DNA from: Eledone cirrhosa
Lineage: Eukaryota
Direction of reading: 5' to 3'
Assembly (NCBI GenBank): GCA_964016885.1
Contig: OZ024742.1
Location: 183,954,001 to 184,018,000 of the forward strand
Length of the DNA stretch: 64,000 bases
Shown here piece after piece: positions 50,588 through 64,000 of this stretch (the stretch's first letter is position 1; every line of letters starts with the position of its first letter). The notes below the pieces were generated by a model, which did not search any database, had not been told where the DNA came from, and was given only the letters and a program-made list of their open reading frames with translations. The position numbers and the translations under genes are program-made.

Positions 50588-51239
50588 AGCTTTTTTGAGA
50601 AATAAATGCCATCTCTTCACTTCACGCTCATAACCTAAACATTGGAAAGAGAAAAAAAAAGCTTGAATTTCAGTTGCCACTTAATTCTATTACAGATATT
50701 TTGGCCGAAATAGACTGAAGTGTCATAAGAAAATCTTAGTAATGTCAGATATCTCAGACATAAAACAGGTACCCACTTCAAATTCTGCTGCCATATTTCC
50801 GAGCCACTTCAATCTAATGGACTATATTATATTAATTAGTTATTTTTCGAAAACTGGAATATTTCAGTATTTTAGTAACCAGAGAATCCTAAGACTGGCA
50901 TAGCGTGATTATTGTTAAAGATTGAACATATAGCTCTGGGCATCTAATTCTTTTGCAATGTTGTGGAAGATTTAATAGTTAAATTTGATTATACATTCCC
51001 TCGGACAGGGCTGCATTAGCCATTAAGAAAAATAAACACATGCTTAAAGCATCAAGTGAAGACGGGCACCATTTTATTTAAATGAAATGTATTTTTCATT
51101 ATATAAATATTTGCTGCAGACTTTATATATGGAGGACATCGTAATTTTTTAAGAGCTTAGGGCCTCAAAGGGATTTAATCTAGCCTTACTCTGAGACACA
51201 GTACTGTGAGTAGATAGTTGTATACTTATAAAGGGAAAC

Positions 51240-51500
51240 AGGTATGACTGAATGATTAAGAAGTTTACATCGTAATTATGACATCTTAGGTTTCATCCCA
51301 CTGTGACACAGCTTCGGCAAGTTTTTTTTACCAAAGCGTAGGATCGACTCAAACCTTGTGATTTAAATTGAATAGACAGAAAGTTTGTGGTAGCCCATTG
51401 GTTGGTCTGTACTTGTAATTCAATGGTCCAGCCATGTCACATTACTTATTACGTCATGCTGATTTGGTTTTGGAATTATATTAAAGTTACACGTGACTGG
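51240..51500 (+). mobile_element. Decayed tRNA-derived SINE
   Basis: Degenerate A and B boxes (TGACTGAATGA, GGTTTCATCCC); similar to 3170-3352. Confidence 0.45.
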
Positions 51501-52155
51501 GAATAATCAATACGTTCATTTACGAGTAGCACGTTTAGCTGCTCGTACAATTGAATGCTCACCGTTGAGACCAGGGGAAGATATCTACTACCCAACGCAA
51601 TACAATTGTAGAGCTTCTGAAAATGGTTTATATGATTAAAATTGGGTTGTAGTAGTAATATTAGTAGTATATGATGTCTGATAAATAGTTTTATTCATGA
51701 CATTTTCAAAGTGTTCACCACGATTGTGCTCCTCCTTCCAACTCCAGGTAACGTGGTTATTTTTTGTATATGACAGAATAAAAAAATAAACATAATCATA
51801 AACAGTCATTTTATGAAATGGATGTAAAATAAGAAAGCAATTAATCAGAAAGTTTAGTTTATACATTGAAACGATACATAAATTTACTTTAAATTATTCA
51901 TGGAGTTAAATAAACAGCTACTTTATAAAATATGTATCTCTAATAAACTGGTGCTTATACTATAGCTATCAGTTACAAACATGTAGCCAAGGGATAACAT
52001 ATAAAAATCAACGTTTCTGTCGATTTTATGTATAGTTATGTAAGTGCCGGGTTAAATGATTTTATATAGTGAGGAATGAAATAGAATTCACTTTCGGTGT
52101 TTCGAGGACAGCGGATCAGCTTACTCGTGTAATTAACGTGTATATGTCTGTGCAT

Positions 52156-52490
52156 TCACCAGGTATGCCACCCTACCTTTACCTCTGTTGTGGATGGCGG
52201 AGGTTTTCTGTCACATGTATCAGGATTTGATTCCTTGTTGAGTACTTCTTTAAAGTGCTCTGTCGAACACTTTATTATATCCTGCCGTTCTATCAAAATA
52301 TCGTCAACTGATAGGATGGGAGAGCATCCATCCCTGCTTGATCCAAATACTCTCTTCAAATTTCGATAAAATGACTACATGTCATAACTATCAAACGATT
52401 CCTGAAGTGCTTTTACTTTTTCCTCTCACCATGTTTGCTTCATTTTATGTAGCTTTGCTTGAATTGCATTTTTTTGGCCACTTTGTAATG
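52156..52490 (-). mobile_element. RTE-clade LINE fragment (EN-RT linker)
   Basis: LKRVFG...SPILSVD..LIERQDIIK..EHFKEVLN; ~128 bp of it recurs at 53105-53235. Confidence 0.65.
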
Positions 52491-52499
52491 CTTTTTTCT

Positions 52500-53104
52500 T
52501 TATGTTTTTTATAGCCCTGGTTTCTCTTTCTGTCCTCTCTTTTCATGGGAGAATTTGAGTTCATTTTCAGTTTGAAACTGTGCTTGCTTCAATCGAGATT
52601 TCGTTTTGTTCCTTATTTGTGTATGTAGCCGGTTTGAGAGCTTCGTTCTTCTCTTAAGGCTTCCCCTGTCTCTGGGAATAATAATTTTGTGTCTGTTGGC
52701 TTTTCATTCCGGGGCAGCCTTAAAGCATATGGCTTGTGTTATTCCCATGAATTACTCAAGTTGTATGTTAACATCTTCCATAGAGAGACTGTTGGTCCAG
52801 TTTTGCTTCAGGAGCTCCTCCTGAATCCTTTTCCAGTTAGCTTTGGGGAAGTTTAAGCTAGATAGAGACCGAGTGCTTCCCGTCGGCTGCATATCTACAA
52901 TCTTCCTTGGACTATACATTACTATGTTATGGTCCGAAAAAGTTATTCGTGAAGCAGAGATCCAGGATATCCTCATCTATTGTTGGATGGAGTACTATTT
53001 GTTTCGTGAAGAGTCTGTTTGTAAGGTCCAACAAGGATTCTGTCTGTCTTTGTTCAAGTGACGTCAATCCTAAGAGTCAAAAATCAATACGGGACCTGTG
53101 TAGT
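52500..53104 (-). mobile_element. CR1/jockey-group LINE fragment (APE C-terminus and linker)
   Basis: QIVLHPT..DILDLCFTN, FSDHNIV, LNFPKANWKRIQEEL. Confidence 0.7.
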
Positions 53105-53235
53105 CTGTAACATGTATCAGGATTTCATTTCTTGTTGAGTACTTCTTTAAAGTGCTTTGCCCAACACCTTATTATATCCTGCCGTTCTATCAAAATATCG
53201 TCATCAACTCATAGGATGGGAGAGCATCCATCCCT

Positions 53236-53709
<474 letters not shown>

Positions 53710-53718
53710 ATGTATGTA

Positions 53719-53785
<67 letters not shown>

Positions 53786-53790
53786 GTATG

Positions 53791-56310
<2,520 letters not shown>

Positions 56311-56591
56311 AAAAGATGGCGTAGACATACAATACAACAGGAGGAAACATAATAGCACCACTGACGATGTTGCAGATGTGCAACGAAAGAACTTTGTTAG
56401 ACTATATATATGTGTTTGTGTCTATATTATATCTGTATTTTTGACCGTTGATCAGTCACTGGTAAACATTGAGGAACGAATAAATTAACTGATATAAAAG
56501 ATACAGAAGCGAAAACCAACCAAACAGTGAGTGTGTTCTGTTATTAATTCTGGGAATATTATTACAACAATATGACCCTCCCCAATATAAC

Positions 56592-56624
<33 letters not shown>

Positions 56625-56850
56625 AGATACTATTTATAGTTATGTATGTATATACTATACTATACTATAAACAACTATAAACAACTATAAACAGGGAAGG
56701 TCAATAATTTATTACTACCTTATTTCCAGTAAGAGAAATAACTCAATGTAAGAACATCAGTTGTTTTACAGAATAGTAGTATAGAATACACAAGTATCAA
56801 AGTTATTTTTAAAACATTTAATGTTTTAAACATAACTTTGATACTTGTGT

Positions 56851-56903
<53 letters not shown>

Positions 56904-57577
56904 GCGGATGTCTCCCCTTCTGTATGTATAAAGTATAAATGCAGATATATAAGTGTTACATGTATGGATGGAGAGAGGCAGCGAGATGGCTGAATCTCTC
57001 TACACTTATATTTCTTTTATCTATAGTACTTCAAATAGTTATCTATACTTATCTGTTTATTTATGTCTGTGTCTAATTGTTTTATGCACACACAGAGGCG
57101 TATACACAGACTGACATACACATGCGCACAGGCGCATAGACACACACACGCACGCACAAACCCATACAAGCATATACACCCACGCACGGTGTCACATATA
57201 CAAACACACACGTACATAAACGTTACTCAAACTCTATTGTTTTCACGTGATAAAATGGCGACAATAATCTTAACAAATCCATAGTAGTGTGTTTACGATA
57301 TATCTAAACCGAACTCTATACAACACGTATTCCTATTGTACTGTCTTCATATTAGATCAAATCCTCACTCTATGCAGCATGTATATTTTACAAACTACTA
57401 CTATATTTTATAACCGCTAGAAATTATATATCTTCTCTATCAATAAATCTCTCTATATATATCTGTACATCTAACTAATTATTTATGAATCTATCTATCT
57501 ACCTGTCCATGTCTCTCTCTCTCTTTGATCCCCCCCTCTCTCTCTCTCTCTCTTTATATATATATACATACACACAT

Positions 57578-57610
<33 letters not shown>

Positions 57611-57676
57611 AGCACACACACACACACATACGTACATGTGACAGAAACAACAAAAGTCATGTGTAAAATAAACAAG

Positions 57677-57757
<81 letters not shown>

Positions 57758-58240
57758 TGTATATATTGTATGTACTATATATTGCATACATATTAGACGG
57801 TAATAATACAAAATTATTTGTTTCAACACGTTTCTCCAGCCTGATCAATTTTATATCAAATACAATGTAATCAACTACTATGTGTTAACATGCTACAGCA
57901 AAGTTCCTACAACTATATACAACACACCTAAACTAGTCAAAAACACAACACCCAAAATACAGTCACCCAGTTAAACAAAATTACACTTACAGCCCTCTAA
58001 TCATACTGCTCTTAAGAAACGAATTTCACCGGGCCACAATTGTCCTCAATAGCTGGTGTCTGTCCAGTTGTGAGAAACAGATAAATTAATATCAGGAAGG
58101 CTCTTCAGATCAGAGATCTTTCAACAGACATCTTAGATCCTAGATAGGTATGATACAATATATATAATTACATTTACAATATATATAATTACGTTTACAA
58201 ACGCACCCATGCAAAATACACAGCAAAATACAACCCTAAA

Positions 58241-58293
<53 letters not shown>

Positions 58294-58803
58294 TACATAC
58301 ATACACACACCCGTATCCGCGAGTTGGAGTGGCTTTTCCAGCGTGTCTCCCTTGCCGTCCTCCGGGGAAACGCCTTCTCCATTCTGTCCGCCGGGGCTGT
58401 GGGTGGGCCCCATCGCGTACCAATACATTAGTTAAATACCATTCTTTCATCTGATATAACCCTATATGGTATTTGTATTTACATATTTGTTGTTCGAGTA
58501 ACGCTTCACTGGATAAATTGGCAACTGTTTCAAAAAAAAAAAAAAAAAAAAAAATGAATTATCAAAACATTTCTAACGGGTTTCTTTCGTAATTTTCTCC
58601 TAGCGTCCAATGAGAGGCCAGGATTGAAACGGATCCTTCACTACACAGTGAAGGCTATAACTGGCTATAACTGGCCACCGAAATCTAAGGTCACGCATAC
58701 ATATTAAGTGCATGAAAATTTTAATTATATTTAATAAGTTCTCTTGTACTAGATACTAGATAGATTGAGCATTGTTTTCCTTGGCTTTTTATCTACGGAT
58801 ATC

Positions 58804-58861
<58 letters not shown>

Positions 58862-58900
58862 ATGTATGTATATATATAAATGTATGTGTATATATATATG

Positions 58901-58933
<33 letters not shown>

Positions 58934-58952
58934 GTATATGTATATATATATG

Positions 58953-59015
<63 letters not shown>

Positions 59016-59061
59016 GTATGTATATATATATATATATGTATGTATATATATATGTATATGT

Positions 59062-59670
59062 ATGTCAGGTCACCAGTTGGTGCTACTGGTAACATGTATC
59101 CCAGTACAACCTGTCTCATGGTCGGGTCGTTGGCGACTAAACTGGCAACCCCACCAAGGTTTCTTGGTGAGGAGGGTGACTTTGGACATCCTGCAGGACT
59201 AAAAACAAAACCTGTCAAAGGGCAAAGGAGCTCTTAAGAGTCAATGGCCATCCAAAATCACAGGGAGAGATGACCCCTTAGCTTTTGTCAAGGCAGAATT
59301 CTAGGATAAGGAAAACTCTGATATAACACCTGCAACTCTGATGGTATCCAATGATGTTGACTTGTTCTTCTTTTTGGTAAATATCATCTTAGTTAAGAGA
59401 GTGGGACTGGCTTTGTGCAGTGCCTTTGCTCACTATAAAAGCTTCACGGCACAGGCATTGCTTTATATCTGGAGATCTCTCTGCACTTGTCGTCACATGG
59501 TACCATGGGCCCAGCACTATGTGTCAATAATTGTCACAAGTGTAGTGTTTGTACCAGAGTTTTCAAGTCGCTGGCTGGACTAAAAGTCACACTCGTTCAG
59601 CGCATCGGTAGGGGTGCTCCTACATGGATATAAAGTAGTGGCCGTACTCGAAAACGAGTTGGCAGCCACC
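59062..59670 (+). repeat. ~600-bp non-coding interspersed element in (TA)n, copy 2
   Basis: Matches 53927-54524 except for the orientation of the first 35 bp. Confidence 0.85.
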
Positions 59671-59675
59671 ATATG

Positions 59676-59743
<68 letters not shown>

Positions 59744-60379
59744 TATATACATACATTATATATATAAATATACATAGACACATACAGTGAGTGTAAGTGG
59801 AGTGACACAGAAACACAATTCTGTCACTAAAGAGAATTGTAAAGCTATGAGGTAATATTAATAATATTTTCTGAAATGTGGTATATCAAGATTTCCTTTA
59901 CCTTTTATTTCTTACTTGAGATTAATGTAGCATCCACGAAATATTTATAGTAAGTAACCCACTCTACTATATTAATACATAAGTCCTTTGTTTTATGGGC
60001 GGCATACGCAATATTCGATTTCTACACCAAACTTCAACAAAGTTATGTAGACAAACAGAGAAAGGCAGATAGACACCCTTGGTAGAGCACATTTTAAGTC
60101 GTTTGCACAACAACCATCCTTTTTTCTTACATTTGTGTCCCATATATTCTTAGAAAACAAAAAGAAAGTTATTCAGACTGTGCTTAATGTTTAAGTGACA
60201 GACGGTCAAAAAGGCTCTGGAGATATTAAAGTATAGAACAGCTGAGATTATTCGTTGATCGTATAACCTAGGGACACACTCCATTGTGGTCCCGATTTTG
60301 ACCCAGCTTTTAAAGAAATCATCTACAGAGCTAAACTAAACACCTTCTATTATTAAAATCTTAAAGCTAGTCTATGATC

Positions 60380-60523
60380 ACAACGTTCAGTGAGTGAACG
60401 CTAAATCCCAACAACATAACTATTAGTAATGGAAGTATCAGCAATCATTTCAATATAGATATATGTGTTGAAGATCATGGCATTGAACATGAGTTGGAAC
60501 TAAAATATGAGAATAGGCTGAAC
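60380..60523 (+). mobile_element. Decayed RTE-like APE N-terminus
   Basis: TTF..TLN...NIDICVEDH..EHELELKY; continuation (SAWK...VGMLFSPR..KYLNSVEKI) found inverted at ~61590-61744. Confidence 0.55.
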
Positions 60524-60695
60524 TCATCAAGGGGCTCAAGGAGATAAAGTAGATTCGATTTCTTTGAGCATTTTACTAAAGATTTCATAAAGAAATATTT
60601 TCGGTATATTTACGAAATACTTATTCCAAATACTATTATATATATATATTTCTATAATATATATATATAATATTATATATATATATACATATATA

Positions 60696-60727
<32 letters not shown>

Positions 60728-60733
60728 CATATA

Positions 60734-60842
<109 letters not shown>

Positions 60843-60881
60843 ATATTAAATAAATGGAAACTATATTTATAAAACCATATT

Positions 60882-60942
60882 TATTCTATTATATATATTT
60901 CAAGGGCACCAAAATATTGGTACACTCTCATCAGATAAAATA
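60882..60942 (-). ncRNA. Minimal type I hammerhead ribozyme
   Basis: Minus strand: TATTTTAT-CTGATGA-gagtgtaccaa/tatt/ttggtgccctt-GAAA-tatata-TA-ATAGAATA. Confidence 0.8.
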
Positions 60943-62471
60943 CAAAGTTTGTTTTATAAATATTGACATACCAGGAAATAATAACTTAACGGTTCAAGTT
61001 TTTCCTGGATATCCCTTTTGCTTATATATATATATATATATATATATAATAGTATTTGGAATAAGTATTTCGTAAATATACCGAACATATTTCTTTATGC
61101 AATCTTTAGTAAAATGCTCAAAGAAATCGAATCTACTTTATCTCCTTGAGCCCCTTGATGAATTTTGCACGAGGAAATATTTTTTGTTATATTCACGAAA
61201 TATCTATTACTCATGCTAATATCATGCTCTTTTTAAATTTTAATATTTAATTTTAAATTCCGGAGATGGACCACTTTTAAGGGAAAGTGTATTCGAGATT
61301 TTATAACTTTTCGACTGGTCTTGATACATTCTGGTTTGAATCAGTGTTAATCCCAGCGTGTATTCGATCAGTAATTATCTTATACTGTTTAAGTATACCT
61401 CATGATGAAGGTATGTCATATGTGCATAATTTCTCTACACATCAACAACAGAACCATGGATCTATATCTGGGGGTAATATATAGAATAAATATATTCCCA
61501 GTGATAATAATACACACTTGAACTCAGTCGAGTACATTTCCACTCTTCTTAAACAAAAGAGTCATCATTTGGACATGTCTGCTCAGATTATGGGAGAATT
61601 TTCTCCACACTGTTTAGATATTTTACCGTACGGGGGCTGAAGAGCATTCCTACACTTTCATTTGTTAATTTCATTGAACCTTTCCACGCTGAACCAGATA
61701 TAAAAGTTAAGCCTATTCTCATATTTTATTTCCAACTCATGTTCAGAAATTAATTCAATAATACATTTTAAAAGGCTAGACAAGAAGAATTTTAATATTT
61801 AATATATTTTCAAACAATAAAGTGATGACAAGCAAAAAATATAGAATTAAATATTAAATTAATAAAAAGAAAAATAAGGTTTAGAAGTTTAGCAAAGATA
61901 CATTTTACAAATAAATAACTATCATCATTTCTGAATTCTGTTTGGTTTAATTAGTAAAATAAAATCCTCGGTTTAATTATCCAAATGATAATAAAAGCAA
62001 TGTTGTATTGTACTGTCATTACTTTCCCAGCAAATTAACTTTAAATTATACTGTGAATATTTTATTCTATAAATCAAGGGAAAATATTGGCATATCAAAG
62101 ATACTAAATGTTAAACTTTTCGTGACCCTATTAAGAATGAAATACATTGTATTCCAGTTAATTAGCGAACAGTTTAGAGGAATTATCAATCAATAAAATG
62201 GTAATTACACTATAACATAACAAAAGATATATAACCTATGTTATATGAATTTACTTTATACAAAAACCCATTAAAACGGTGGTGTGTGTGTGTGTGGGGG
62301 GGGGGGAATCATAGAACCTAAAACACTTTGGAGGGATCTGTTCAAAAGGATTAAGCTTTGTTCTTTTTGCATTTTTGGATTTTTTTAGAGCAGTAGATCT
62401 GAGAAGACAATCTGAAAGTTTATAATTCAAAGATGGACCAATAATGGATCATATATTAACATGTGAAATAA

Positions 62472-62661
62472 TTGTTTCTACTTTAGGCACAAGGCCAGCA
62501 ATTACCCAGTGCATTACTGGTACTTTATTTTATCGACCCCGTAAGGATGAAAGGCAAAGTCAACCTCGGCGGGATTTGAACTCAGATCGTAAAGGGACGT
62601 AACTATGCTGGAAAGCATGGCGTCCGACCCTCCACTGATACTGCCAATCCAACGCCTTTTT
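62472..62661 (-). mobile_element. tRNA-derived SINE, family 1
   Basis: Close to 11159-11338; 12-bp TSD CATGTGAAATAA at 62460-62471 and 62662-62673. Confidence 0.9.
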
Positions 62662-63106
62662 CATGTGAAATAACATTTATTAAAAAGATTTTCAAAGAAG
62701 AAAAAAAAAGCAATGGGATTTGATACCGTTGGTTTTCATGCACATGTACCTCCCTAAATTTAATGCACAGGGAGATTCCATATGAAACTATCCGTCCGAA
62801 GGGCCGACAAATATTTTCCACCTTCCAAATGATAATCAGAAAAGAATTGGGTCGACCCGATGCGCTGGTAAAAGACACTTGCTTAAGATATTACTCAGTT
62901 GGATCAAATCCGAGACCTAATCATTTCGAAGTGACCTGTTTAATCATTCTGCCATGCAGCGTCTATTACTTACGAATGGGGAAATATACATATATAAGTG
63001 TGTGTGTAAGTATATACATATGTAAGTGTGTGTGTGTGTAAATATATAAGTAAGTACGGTTTCATGAGCCATCAATGGCGGCTCATCTAAATGTATATAT
63101 ATATAA

Positions 63107-63141
<35 letters not shown>

Positions 63142-63290
63142 TGTATGTATGTATGTATGTATGTATGTATGTATGTATGTATGTATGTATGTATGTATGT
63201 ATGTATGTATGCATATATACATATATATATATGTGTATATATATATTAATTCAAAATATTAACAAAAAAGAACTTCTTGTGATCAAGTAT

Positions 63291-63355
63291 ATTTTATTAT
63301 ACATATTTCAGAGGTACTGAGCTAACTTCAACAGTACGTCCTCATCAGATAAAAT
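63291..63355 (-). ncRNA. Minimal type I hammerhead ribozyme
   Basis: Minus strand: ATTTTAT-CTGATGA-ggacgtactg...cagtacctct-GAAA-tatgta-TA-ATAAAAT. Confidence 0.8.
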
Positions 63356-64000
63356 AAGATGATGCATGACATACCCTGACATAGTAGATGGTTAAGATTC
63401 AGTCATGGTAGTGAGTAAGATATGACAAAACTCAATATTTATATACCTTAATATTGAGACATGAAAAAACTTACATATAATACATATAATACAGAGGGTG
63501 CGTGTGAGAAAGCTTAAAAATACATAACACCAATTTACATAACTGTTAGAGATTCAAATAATTTAAATTATTGAAGAAAGAGGAAAGAAAAAAGCAAGAC
63601 AGAGAGAAAACAGATGAGGGGATAATATAGCTAGAAGAAGTATAGAGAGCAAAACAGAATTGATCAAGGAAAGAGAGACAAAGAGGAATATTTTTTATAG
63701 TGTAAACATAGGGAGGGATGAATTATATATATCTATACAGAACTATACATTTGGGCATAGCTTTGCGAAAGAGTAAACTCGAATCTTTGAATTATTGAAT
63801 TATCTAGAAGTATTCATCAATCTAAATCTTAAATATAACTGGGTGTAATTATATGAAGGTTAATTTCCAGTCCTTAGTTAATTAGTTATATATACTATCC
63901 AAACGTATCCGATTGACCGTTAACTTTCAAATCATTTAAGTTAGTTCAGAGTAATGAATTAATCAAAGTGTATAATATTTCAGGCTATAAAAGTTTATAA

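Noticed and set aside
51005-51190. Possible hAT MITE (CAGGGCTGCATTA ... TAATCTAGCCTT)
   Set aside because: TIRs degenerate and no clean 8-bp TSD.
59085-59150. HDV-like ribozyme in the 600-bp element (CCAGU/ACUGG, ACC..GGU, CUAA)
   Set aside because: No room for a P1 3' strand between P3 and P4; topology incomplete.

Overview
Eukaryotic, repeat-saturated DNA with no recognisable host-gene exon. The SINE families and long (TA)n/(CA)n tracts suggest a coleoid cephalopod such as Octopus (inference). The core, ~19.5-50.3 kb, is a continuous stack of non-LTR retrotransposons joined mostly by short (ATT)n tracts. All R4/Dong-type elements (RT + restriction-like endonuclease) lie on the minus strand and all Tx1/L1-type elements (ORF1 + APE-RT ORF2) on the plus strand. 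One Tx1-type copy (26331-32361) is fully intact. Three observations stand out. (1) Two unrelated retroelement clades and a SINE appear to share one strand-polarised ATT target that each regenerates with its tail. (2) A perfect G|GTAAGT splice donor sits at the ORF1 stop in three divergent Tx1 subfamilies and is matched by a strong acceptor in the 3' UTR, predicting an intron that removes all of ORF2. (3) A tRNA-derived SINE carries the Tx1 3' end and has TSDs beginning with (A)TTAT. The flanks hold Penelope-like remnants with at least five intact minimal hammerhead ribozymes, RTE and CR1 fragments, SINEs and a hAT MITE. Family assignments come from motif recognition by eye, not database searches, and boundaries of decayed elements are approximate.
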